Shown here: positions 18,013 through 26,013 of the stretch, in pieces | Numbering within the stretch: position 1 is the first letter of the stretch | Layout of the letters: each line of letters opens with the position of its first letter | Origin: a virus | Taxonomy: Duplodnaviria > Caudoviricetes | Direction: 5' to 3' (one strand) | DNA: 64,000 bases | IMG/VR virus record: IMGVR_UViG_3300017913_002143 | Location: 10,909 to 74,908 of that record | Translations under genes and position numbers: made by a program | Notes under the pieces: generated by a model | The model's input: only the letters and a program-made list of their open reading frames with translations | The model's database searches: none | What the model was told of the DNA's origin: nothing

Positions 18013-18230
18013 TGTTACCGTTTGGTTTTTTACAGTTCTCTATCGATGGTTGGCAGTATCGTACTGATATTGAAGAAGATCCATATGATCGCACTCGTAA
18101 GATATGGCATTGTCTTGTAGATCCTGAAGGTGTACATCATTATGAGATAGATAATGTTATGGGTCCTTATAAGACAGCAACGAGAGAAACAGTTCGGGAT
18201 ATTATATCGTATACAAAGTTTCGGTTATAG
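18012..18230 (+). CDS. hypothetical protein
   Basis: TAATG coupling with the upstream gene. Confidence 0.65.
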   Translation: MLPFGFLQFSIDGWQYRTDIEEDPYDRTRKIWHCLVDPEGVHHYEIDNVMGPYKTATRETVRDIISYTKFRL

Positions 18231-18458
18231 GTTTACAGACGGTTGGACGATAGAAACCTATAACCGATAGAAATTCCAGTGAGGTAGAGCAACTTAGCTC
18301 CTCTCTCAGCTCCCTCGCTGGAAACTTTATAAATAAAGACGTCAAGTTGAAATCCTTGACATAACACAAAGGAGAATGCACCCAGCACGTATACACTGGC
18401 TCTGCTACATTTGAGGGTGATGCCTAAATACATCCGCGGTGGCCTATGGTTAGCCACC
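18221..18458 (+). ncRNA. candidate structured RNA or DNA element (several hairpins around a late promoter)
   Basis: 14-bp perfect stem 18221-34/18254-67; 11-bp stem 18274-84/18313-23; 6-bp stems 18341-46/18355-60 and 18438-43/18453-58; TATAAATA at 18328-35. Confidence 0.4.
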
Positions 18459-18478
18459 ATCTAACTTTGGAGAAACAG

Positions 18479-18697
18479 ATGATTGAAGGCATTTTATTTT
18501 TAGGTCTGATTGCATGGGGCAACACAGACTTTTTCAACGCAAAGGTTGAGAACGAGGCAAACGGATACACATATTGGGAAAAGCTAGAGCCATGCAGAGC
18601 TCCAAGTGATGAACCAGGTGTATATTCAATGCCAATTGAAACACCGATCGGAAACAAATACGTATGCTACAAGCAGACCAAAAGACCCCAGCAGTAA
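18479..18697 (+). CDS. small exported or membrane hypothetical protein
   Basis: GGAG SD before ATG 18479; hydrophobic N-terminus; two Cys. Confidence 0.65.
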   Translation: MIEGILFLGLIAWGNTDFFNAKVENEANGYTYWEKLEPCRAPSDEPGVYSMPIETPIGNKYVCYKQTKRPQQ

Positions 18698-18711
18698 AAC
18701 TATATGATTTG

Positions 18712-18837
18712 ATGATCATATCTCCATTTGCTTGGGTGATTAGTCAATCATTGATAACGGGTAATATACTGTTCATGCTGTTGGCATATTCTTTGTTTAT
18801 GACATACGCATACAAGAGGAGAGAATATTATGGCTGA
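18712..18837 (+). CDS. possible small membrane protein (41 aa)
   Basis: Fills the gap; hydrophobic; translated by hand; start uncertain. Confidence 0.4.
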   Translation: MIISPFAWVISQSLITGNILFMLLAYSLFMTYAYKRREYYG

Positions 18838-19093
18838 TGATTTCTTTGACTTTGGATTCACAGCAGTTGACGAGTCGGAGCTTGATGCTGTAAAGCAAGC
18901 CAAAGATACAGCTGAGAAGATGGCTGTTGGTGTTGATGCAACTCAAGATAAGATTGATCGTTTGTATAACGCAATCACACCTCTACTGAATAACCTCAAG
19001 AAGAATCCAGAGAAAGAATATATTCTCTGGCCTAACCGTGTTGAGAAGGTTGATCAGTTTGAGGATATGCTCAGAAAAATCTATAACTCATAA
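18830..19093 (+). CDS. conserved T4-like hypothetical protein
   Basis: FDFGFTAVDE and NLKKNPEKEYILWPNR motifs recalled from marine T4-like phages; SD present. Confidence 0.75.
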   Translation: MADDFFDFGFTAVDESELDAVKQAKDTAEKMAVGVDATQDKIDRLYNAITPLLNNLKKNPEKEYILWPNRVEKVDQFEDMLRKIYNS

Positions 19094-19102
19094 AAATAAT
19101 TG

Positions 19103-19131
19103 TTGACCTTATTTCAAAAATATGGGATAAT
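19103..19131 (+). promoter_or_regulatory. sigma70-type early promoter
   Basis: TTGACC-17-GATAAT with the same spacer motif as 16814 and 17465. Confidence 0.75.
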
Positions 19132-19163
19132 GTATTATCTGTTATTTTTATGAGGAGTTTATT

Positions 19164-19385
19164 ATGCAGACCCGTGAAGAAAGATTAGAGCTTATTCGTA
19201 AGGCATCTAAAAAATTCTCAAAGAAACTGAAACGTAACCAACGTGTCCGTAAGACCGAGACGCGTTCCTTTGACAAATATGATAATGGAAATATCAATGC
19301 TTGGACTGATGCGTCTCAGTATGCGGAAAAGTATTATGGCAATGCTTACCGCGATACTGTTAATTATGATAACGACTGGAACTAA
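19164..19385 (+). CDS. basic hypothetical protein
   Basis: GAGGAG SD. Confidence 0.75.
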   Translation: MQTREERLELIRKASKKFSKKLKRNQRVRKTETRSFDKYDNGNINAWTDASQYAEKYYGNAYRDTVNYDNDWN

Positions 19386-19635
19386 GGCTGAGCTTGGTCA
19401 AGAGTGTAAGTATGTCAAGACTGTCGAGACTGATAAGTGGGGACGTACTAACAGTGAACAGAGATACGAATGTAAAACAGCTCCACGAGAAGTTGTCACA
19501 AAGACAGAAGTTATCAAAGTTCAGTCATGTTTGAAGTTGGTTCTATTTGGTGTTGAATGTGATCCGTGGGAACCTGAAGGTGCAGAAGTAGCTAAAGGCT
19601 TACAGATGATATTCAGCTTGGGAATTATACAATGA
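19321..19635 (+). CDS. exported Cys-containing hypothetical protein
   Basis: Signal peptide MRKSIMAMLTAILLIMITTGTKA encoded in overlap with the previous gene; start uncertain. Confidence 0.55.
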   Translation: MRKSIMAMLTAILLIMITTGTKAELGQECKYVKTVETDKWGRTNSEQRYECKTAPREVVTKTEVIKVQSCLKLVLFGVECDPWEPEGAEVAKGLQMIFSLGIIQ

Positions 19636-19757
19636 TTAAGATTATGTTAGGTTTTATTGTTGGCGTATGTACAATAATATTTTATCCAGACTTACTAACG
19701 TATGTTATTGATTCTGGTATTCGTGATGCAATGATTGAAAGGTTAGAACAGTTATGA
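19632..19757 (+). CDS. small membrane protein (41 aa)
   Basis: ATGA overlaps at both ends; hydrophobic N-terminus. Confidence 0.6.
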   Translation: MIKIMLGFIVGVCTIIFYPDLLTYVIDSGIRDAMIERLEQL

Positions 19758-20392
19758 AAAGGTTTATTGCACCATTAGCAGCTCTGTCTGCATTAGCGGC
19801 TTGTGCTGATAAAGATATTCCACCTGAAGGTACTATGACTCATGCTGAGTTTGAATATCGTACAGAACAAGTTGAAGAACAACTAAAGATCATGCCTAAG
19901 TGGTATGAGAAAATGCCGGAGTCTGATGATGCTGTATTTGCTGTTGGCACGTCCCAAACACCCGATCTACAACTTTCAGTTGATATGGCTATTCTAGCTG
20001 CCAAGACTACTCTTGCTGATCGTGTAGACTCAAAGCTGCGTTCTCAGCTGAAGTCATTCAAGAAGAGGATTGGCCAATCTGACTTTGACTCTAATGTTAT
20101 TCAGGAGTTTGAGCAAGCTACTGTTAACTTGATTGCTGATGCTGACGTTGCTGGTTATGTGGTCAAAGAACAACAGATTGTTCAGAATGGTACACAGTAT
20201 CGTGCATATGTCTTGCTCGAGTATAAGAATGAACTTGCAATGCAGATCATTAAGACTCGTGTAGCACAGAACCAAGAGCTGCTATCTAAGTTAGAAGCAC
20301 GCCGTGCATTTGATGAGCTTGATGAAAAGGTTGAAGCTCAGAAGAGTGAAGAGTTAGCACAGCTTGAGGTTATCGCTGGAGCATCCGAATGA
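19754..20392 (+). CDS. lipoprotein (LPP20-like)
   Basis: Lipobox LAAC after a signal peptide; AVGTS...A...A...LA pattern. Confidence 0.7.
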   Translation: MKRFIAPLAALSALAACADKDIPPEGTMTHAEFEYRTEQVEEQLKIMPKWYEKMPESDDAVFAVGTSQTPDLQLSVDMAILAAKTTLADRVDSKLRSQLKSFKKRIGQSDFDSNVIQEFEQATVNLIADADVAGYVVKEQQIVQNGTQYRAYVLLEYKNELAMQIIKTRVAQNQELLSKLEARRAFDELDEKVEAQKSEELAQLEVIAGASE

Positions 20393-20616
20393 TCCCAGTA
20401 ATGTCTGGGGATAGGATGAACACCTACAGAGTCTTCCAAGGCGAGATTGATCGTATGGAAGCTCTGAGAGGTGGTCGAGAGAACTTTAGTGGTATTGATA
20501 TCTTAGTAATTGGTTACATGCAATCCCGCATGAGAGAGATGGAGGAAAAAGGACATGGCTGGAAAGACGAAGAAGTCAATTCGGATGAAACAACTAGCGG
20601 AACAACCTCAACCTAA
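20389..20616 (+). CDS. hypothetical protein
   Basis: ATGA overlap with the upstream gene. Confidence 0.55.
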   Translation: MIPVMSGDRMNTYRVFQGEIDRMEALRGGRENFSGIDILVIGYMQSRMREMEEKGHGWKDEEVNSDETTSGTTST

Positions 20617-21136
20617 ACTGAGGAAGAAGCGCAAGCCTATGACTGCTGAGCAGAAAGCTGCTGCAGCTGAACGTCTTGCAAAGGCTAGGGCTAATCGTAA
20701 GAAGACTGCTGGTCCTCCAAAGAATGTCCATCCATCTGTTGTTGCATTACCAGATGAGAATCTGTTGAGTCTGCAAAGTGTTCGTGGTTGGATCAAGCAT
20801 AACAAAGAACTCTTGTCAGAAGAACGAAGAGCTCTTCGCGCTGGTGTGAAAGGTGCTGAGTCTAAAGTAGCTGGTATTGAAGGTTACATTAGAAACATGG
20901 AACACTACATCCGTACGGGTGATTGGGTTGATTGGTTCTATGGTAAAGAGCAACAGAATAGAATCCGATACAAGTGTATTGCAATGGCGTATCACTGGGA
21001 AGGTCCTCATAAGGGTGAACCAAAGCGAGATGCTAATGTAGTCTATCCAGATGTGGGTCTATGGACTCAAGAAATGCACGAAGATTATTATGGGCTACCA
21101 GAAGTGCCTGTAAAGAAGAAGAGGAAGAAGGCATGA
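20555..21136 (+). CDS. basic hypothetical protein upstream of gp33
   Basis: K/R-rich termini; coupled to gp33. Confidence 0.7.
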   Translation: MAGKTKKSIRMKQLAEQPQPKLRKKRKPMTAEQKAAAAERLAKARANRKKTAGPPKNVHPSVVALPDENLLSLQSVRGWIKHNKELLSEERRALRAGVKGAESKVAGIEGYIRNMEHYIRTGDWVDWFYGKEQQNRIRYKCIAMAYHWEGPHKGEPKRDANVVYPDVGLWTQEMHEDYYGLPEVPVKKKRKKA

Positions 21137-21375
21137 GTGTAGAAGAGAAGTTCTTAAACAAGGCTCGCTTTTCAAAGTTAGTTGAAACTGAAGTCATTCA
21201 GAAATCTATTGGCTACATGGAAGCCATACTCATTTTATGTGAGGCAAATAATATTGATCCAGAAGATGTCAAGAAGTTTATCTCACCAGGAATCAAGAGC
21301 AAGTTGGAAGCAGAGGCTATGTCTCTTAACTTCTTGCCTAAAACAAATTCAATAGATTCAGCTCTATTCGAATAA
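21133..21375 (+). CDS. gp33: late transcription coactivator gp33
   Basis: FSKLVE, YMEAIL..CE.NNID and KSKLEAEA..LNFL motifs; start placed at 21133. Confidence 0.88.
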   Translation: MSVEEKFLNKARFSKLVETEVIQKSIGYMEAILILCEANNIDPEDVKKFISPGIKSKLEAEAMSLNFLPKTNSIDSALFE

Positions 21376-21409
21376 ATATGTTTACTATATACAGTATACA
21401 TGGTATAAT
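21371..21409 (+). promoter_or_regulatory. tandem late-type (AATAAATA) and early-type (TTTACT-17-TATAAT) promoters for gp32
   Basis: AATAAATA 21371-78; TTTACT 21381-86; TATAAT 21404-09. Confidence 0.65.
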
Positions 21410-21447
21410 ACTACAGCTAATATTTCAGTAAAAATAAGGATAATACA

Positions 21448-22353
21448 ATGTCATTTGAAAACCTAAAACGCAATCGCGACCAAATCTCTAAACTCGTTCA
21501 AGCTGCAGAGCAAGCTGGTGGTGGTACACAACCACAACAGAATAACAACTACCAGGATGAACGTATTTGGAAACCAACCGTAGACAAGGCAGGCAATGGA
21601 TACGCAGTCCTCAGATTCTTACCAGCAGCAGAAGGACAAGACCTTCCGTGGGTACGATACTGGGATCACGGATTCAAAGGACCCACAGGTCTATGGTATA
21701 TCGAAAACAGCCTTACTTCTATTGGACAGGCTGATCCAGTTGGTGAACTCAACTCACGACTCTGGAACTCAGGCATCGATGCCGACAAAGAGAAAGCACG
21801 TTCACAAAAGCGCAGACTCCATTACGTAGCCAACGTACTTGTTATGCAGGATCCATCCAATCCTGTTAACGAAGGCAAAGTAATGCTTTTCAAATTTGGT
21901 AAGAAGATCTTTGACAAACTGATGGATGTTATGCAGCCTCAGTTTGCAGATGAGACTCCTGTCAATCCATTTGATATGTGGGAAGGTGCAGACTTTAAAC
22001 TCAAGATTCGTAATGTTGAAGGATATCGTAATTATGATAAGTCAGAATTTTCAGGAGTTTCTGCTCTCCATGGTGGAGACGAATCCCAGCTGGAAGCTGT
22101 CTATAACCAACTACATGACCTCGGTGAGTTCACCGATCCCAAGAACTATAAAACGTATGACGAGCTGAAAGCTAAGTTGATGCGTGTGTTGGGTGAGGAG
22201 ACTGAGATGGGTGCACCTACAGTTGCACAGATGAATCAGGTTAATGAACCTGCACCATCACCTATGTCCGAGCCTGTAACAGCTGCAGAGATGAATACGT
22301 CAGATGATGACGATACAATGTCATACTTTGCTAAGTTGGCTAACGACGATTAA
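21448..22353 (+). CDS. gp32: single-stranded DNA-binding protein gp32
   Basis: DERIWKP..DKAGNGYAVLRFLP, WYIENSL and FGKKIFDK motifs; acidic tail YFAKLANDD. Confidence 0.95.
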   Translation: MSFENLKRNRDQISKLVQAAEQAGGGTQPQQNNNYQDERIWKPTVDKAGNGYAVLRFLPAAEGQDLPWVRYWDHGFKGPTGLWYIENSLTSIGQADPVGELNSRLWNSGIDADKEKARSQKRRLHYVANVLVMQDPSNPVNEGKVMLFKFGKKIFDKLMDVMQPQFADETPVNPFDMWEGADFKLKIRNVEGYRNYDKSEFSGVSALHGGDESQLEAVYNQLHDLGEFTDPKNYKTYDELKAKLMRVLGEETEMGAPTVAQMNQVNEPAPSPMSEPVTAAEMNTSDDDDTMSYFAKLANDD

Positions 22354-23879
22354 TCACTAGTGAATCTACGATGTGCAGAACTTGGCCTGTTGCCACTAAA
22401 GATGACGGGATTTGAGTTCTGCACAGTCGTTTGTGTAGGAGCATTTACAATATTTTGTCTAATGCCCTTTTGTTGAGCTATCTGTTCTTCTAACTGACTT
22501 ATACGATTAGCTCGAGCCACTGATACAGTACCACTATATCCAGAATAACGATTGCCTTGTACGTTAGCTAATTGTTGCTCTAGGATTGCAATTCTGTTTT
22601 CAGTTTGATCAAGCAGTTGATTTTGTTGAGTAGATAAAGATGATCTAACTGCTTCAACTGCAGCTGCTGAGGCAGCTGCCGCTGCTTCTTCTTCACTTGG
22701 TAAGTTACTGAGAGTAGCATTTATCATATCATTTGTAGCATCAACAACAGCTTCGTTACTTTTAGTAGTTGCATTCAAAACACTATTAATCTGTCTAACC
22801 AATTGTCCTGAGCTCAAACCTTCTGTATCAATACCAAGTCCACTAGCAATAGCTTGTTTATCTTCAAGAGTTCTAGCTCCAAGTAATTGAGCTCTTGTTG
22901 CTGCAACTTGTTCTAGTTGTTTTCGTGCTGCTGCATCTTTTTGTAGTTGAGCTTGACCACTATCAGTTTGTAGCATTGCAGCTTCAGCTCTTGCTCTTTC
23001 TGCTTCAGTAATTATCAAATCACCAAGACCAATTTTTTCTAGTCCTGCATTAAGCGTTTCTTTACCAAACTCTATCACGCTTTGTATGGATGCTATAATA
23101 CTATCCATCACATTTGATATGGCTGCTCCCATTTTACCAAATGCTTCATCTACAATTTTTTTATACTCTTCATCTGTATTGTATCTGATAATGTAAGTTG
23201 ATATCTCAAACAAACTTGCTGCAACAGCACCAATAATTGCTCCAATGGGACCACCAACAATTGCCCCAGCAGCTGCACCTGTTGCAATATTACCAAGTGA
23301 TTGTGCTACATCACCTAACAGAATTGCAGTTGAATTTTCAAAGTTATAATCTCTAGCAGCTTTTTCTACAGCATCACCAAACGTCTTAGATAAGACTAAG
23401 CCCGCTCCTGCTATTACTCCTACAAGGCCACCTTTCAACCCACCAACTATTAATCCAGCACCACCACCAATAATCATGCCTTGTACAAGGTCAGATATAG
23501 TACTATCTTCAACCATTCCAATAGCTTCAGTTATTTCATCAGCTAAGAATATCAGAGCAGCTCCCAAGACTCCTTTAGTGAATAAACCTTTAATGATTGA
23601 TTTTGCTAAACCAATTGGATTATCAAACAATCCACCAAACAATCGTGCACCACCATCATCCGTTGCTTTAGTTACTTGAGCAGCTGATTGAGTTTGTTGA
23701 GCTCTATTTGCTTCACGCTCAGCTTCAAGTTGTTTTAATTCTTCTTCTTGGTATCGTTTACGATAGTCTGATGTATAGTCAGCCCACATTTGTGCTAACG
23801 CATCTATCTTAGCATCAGACTGTCGTGCAATCTGATTACTAGCCATTAGTGTATTGTTAATATCAGCTAATGTCGCCAT
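22350..23879 (-). CDS. tape-measure / baseplate-hub (gp29-like) protein
   Basis: Ala/Gly-rich helical protein with hydrophobic GA repeats, directly downstream of gp26/gp51. Confidence 0.6.
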   Translation of the reverse strand: MATLADINNTLMASNQIARQSDAKIDALAQMWADYTSDYRKRYQEEELKQLEAEREANRAQQTQSAAQVTKATDDGGARLFGGLFDNPIGLAKSIIKGLFTKGVLGAALIFLADEITEAIGMVEDSTISDLVQGMIIGGGAGLIVGGLKGGLVGVIAGAGLVLSKTFGDAVEKAARDYNFENSTAILLGDVAQSLGNIATGAAAGAIVGGPIGAIIGAVAASLFEISTYIIRYNTDEEYKKIVDEAFGKMGAAISNVMDSIIASIQSVIEFGKETLNAGLEKIGLGDLIITEAERARAEAAMLQTDSGQAQLQKDAAARKQLEQVAATRAQLLGARTLEDKQAIASGLGIDTEGLSSGQLVRQINSVLNATTKSNEAVVDATNDMINATLSNLPSEEEAAAAASAAAVEAVRSSLSTQQNQLLDQTENRIAILEQQLANVQGNRYSGYSGTVSVARANRISQLEEQIAQQKGIRQNIVNAPTQTTVQNSNPVIFSGNRPSSAHRRFTSD

Positions 23880-23883
23880 TTTA

Positions 23884-24066
23884 TTATCCTTGTTGCTTTG
23901 CAGCTTTCTCTTCTAAGTGTTGCAATAACATAGTAATATAAATTTCTCTTTCCCACGGTATCATTTCATCTAATTCACTCAATGAATAATGAAAATTATT
24001 TAACAGCTGAAAATTAGTTCTGTAATAATTTTCAAGATTGTCATGAGAAAGATTTAGAAAAAAAAA
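23884..24066 (-). CDS. gp51: gp51-like baseplate assembly chaperone segment, probably reached by -1 frameshift from gp26
   Basis: YYRTNF.L...HYSLSELDEMIPWEREIY motif; no SD-backed start codon; open -1 frame begins across a T9 run. Confidence 0.75.
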   Translation of the reverse strand, partial: FFFLNLSHDNLENYYRTNFQLLNNFHYSLSELDEMIPWEREIYITMLLQHLEEKAAKQQG

Positions 24067-24767
24067 TCTTCTAATCCAGTTATAGTTCTCTCGTTGACTG
24101 TTCCACATGATTCACATTTATAATCTATATCAATTAAAAGTTTTGGCATATCTTTCATAAAACTAGATAGCTTTTCAAACTGACTTGTTGTTAATGATTC
24201 AATGAATCTTTGTACTTCTTCTTGTGGTTCATCAGATAGTATTATCTGTTCTTCTTCAGTAAGAATAGCATGCATACACACACGAATTGTTTCAAATGCA
24301 ATTTCAGTTGGTGACGCTTCAGTGTTAAGTATAGTTGCATTATTCTTTATATCATTATATGTTGGATATTTCATTTTAACTGAAATGTTGTCGTCTAACT
24401 TAATGACACTATCTTTTGGCTCACTTGATAATTTTGTTTGCTCTAAGAATACCTCAACAGCATTTTTATGTTCACACTTATTACAGATCATTTGAAGTTT
24501 GGTAGTCTCACCAACAGCCTTAGATCGTATTTGTGTAAACATATAGTCTACATCAAAATTAGCTAATTTATTTGCATCAACACCTTCGCAGCATGCATTG
24601 ATTGTATTAGTGATAGCACTTAGAATTTGTTTTGTATCTTTTGATTCTATTGCTATCATAAGAATTTTTTGTTCTTTTACTAAGAACGGTCTATATTTTA
24701 CTACCTCTTTTGTTGATGGTATAACCATTTCATAATGAGGTACTTCATTCAAACGTGGCAGTGCCAT
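24054..24767 (-). CDS. gp26: baseplate hub assembly protein gp26
   Basis: MALPRL, YRPFLVKEQKIL, DVDYMF..IRSKAVGE, two CxxC pairs, C-terminal LEDFF. Confidence 0.9.
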   Translation of the reverse strand: MALPRLNEVPHYEMVIPSTKEVVKYRPFLVKEQKILMIAIESKDTKQILSAITNTINACCEGVDANKLANFDVDYMFTQIRSKAVGETTKLQMICNKCEHKNAVEVFLEQTKLSSEPKDSVIKLDDNISVKMKYPTYNDIKNNATILNTEASPTEIAFETIRVCMHAILTEEEQIILSDEPQEEVQRFIESLTTSQFEKLSSFMKDMPKLLIDIDYKCESCGTVNERTITGLEDFFF

Positions 24768-24776
24768 AATTTACTC

Positions 24777-25466
24777 CTAACCAAATATTGAGCCGAGGCC
24801 TCCAGATACAGATATAAGACCTGCACCTCCACTCGACACATAATGATTTGTATATGCTAGATCAACTGTCAATTGCAGTATTTGATCTTGGTCGTTACTC
24901 AGTTCAATTGCATTTATTGTTTTTGGAAATGCGTCTACAAGCTCAACTGTATATACAGAACCACCACCAATACCAACATCAAAGTTGAATGGTCCTGCAC
25001 CAAAGTTAACATTCTTGAGAGGTTTTCTTAACTGATGAATCTTTACAGACTTTGCATAGTCTGCTTTGTAGTTAGCTTTACCAGTACGATCTGGTACAGT
25101 CATCTCATACCACGAATCGAAATACTTCTTCATACCATAGTCATTAAGAAGATAGAATGTAAGTGATAATTCGGTAACAGCATATCCGTATGCCATTTGC
25201 TGACGTTCCATACCAATAACTCTATCAGTTGTTAGTATTTGTCTACCAGGTATTGATACTCTACTACACAGTGTGTTGAGTTCTTCACTACCACCTCCAC
25301 CTGTCAAAGCTGATATTGGATTTTGAACAAAGTTCTGAACAAAGTTCAACACACCACCAGACCCTCTACCAGAGAAGTTTGTTGGCAACGTAACCATAAA
25401 CTGATTACCAGATGCATAACCAAGTTTGGTACTCACAAGTGTTTTTAGTTGGTCAACACTAGCCAT
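24777..25466 (-). CDS. tail tube initiator / tube-fold protein (gp54/gp19 family)
   Basis: NQFMV, C..VSIPGR, LTFY...D...YFDSW and AFP..I..IEL motifs. Confidence 0.75.
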   Translation of the reverse strand: MASVDQLKTLVSTKLGYASGNQFMVTLPTNFSGRGSGGVLNFVQNFVQNPISALTGGGGSEELNTLCSRVSIPGRQILTTDRVIGMERQQMAYGYAVTELSLTFYLLNDYGMKKYFDSWYEMTVPDRTGKANYKADYAKSVKIHQLRKPLKNVNFGAGPFNFDVGIGGGSVYTVELVDAFPKTINAIELSNDQDQILQLTVDLAYTNHYVSSGGAGLISVSGGLGSIFG

Positions 25467-25999
25467 TACATCTTCCTTCTAGAATCTGAATACACTTTGC
25501 TTTTTGATGCACCCCTGAAGTCAGCTGTTGGTAAGAACGTAGCTATCTCCCATTCAGGTTTATCTACTAAAGCAAAACGACTTTTAACATGTTTGAAAAG
25601 ATATCTGTGTATCATTGGCCTGATAAACTTTTCTGGCACACCACCTTCACCAAGTAAAGCATCAAGAGCTTTTGCTCTCATTGGTAATGGAAGATAGTGT
25701 AAATTGAGTCCATAAAATCCACCTGCTGCTGGTCCTGTTGGGATAACCAAAGGGAACGCATCATAGTATGGTAAAACATCTTTATACTTTGCATCATAGA
25801 AATACATATACATGTTGCCATAAGGTGATGTATCAGGTTTATTCTCCAACTTGATTGCATCATCCTGCATTACATTCAAACGGCTAACTTTACCCAGTTG
25901 TGTAGCTTTCTTTCGAAACCACGCAATAGATTCTTTTGTCCGTGGAGTGATACCTTTACGGAATGCTTCAATCTCTAATTGTTGAAATAGACTTGCCAT
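25466..25999 (-). CDS. gp2: DNA end protector protein gp2
   Basis: SIAWFR, MYFYDAKYK..LPYYD.FPL and GLNLHYLP motifs. Confidence 0.9.
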   Translation of the reverse strand: MASLFQQLEIEAFRKGITPRTKESIAWFRKKATQLGKVSRLNVMQDDAIKLENKPDTSPYGNMYMYFYDAKYKDVLPYYDAFPLVIPTGPAAGGFYGLNLHYLPLPMRAKALDALLGEGGVPEKFIRPMIHRYLFKHVKSRFALVDKPEWEIATFLPTADFRGASKSKVYSDSRRKM

Positions 26000-26004
26000 G
26001 AGTG

Positions 26005-26012
26005 TATTTATA
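26005..26012 (-). promoter_or_regulatory. late promoter, 5 nt upstream of the gp2 ATG
   Basis: TATAAATA on the minus strand, then CACTC, then ATG. Confidence 0.75.
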
Positions 26013-26013
26013 A

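Noticed and set aside
18274-18323. Minus-strand GAGGGAGCUGAGAG...UACCUC resembles the TPP riboswitch pyrimidine-sensing helix
   Set aside because: The P4/P5 core (ACCUGA...UAAUGC...GUAGG) is absent, no minus-strand gene follows, and the G-U pair favours the plus strand.
18376-18414. 12-aa leader peptide MHPARIHWLCYI as a CDS
   Set aside because: The GGAG is only 1 nt from the ATG, too close for a normal SD. It is mentioned only within the structured-element finding.
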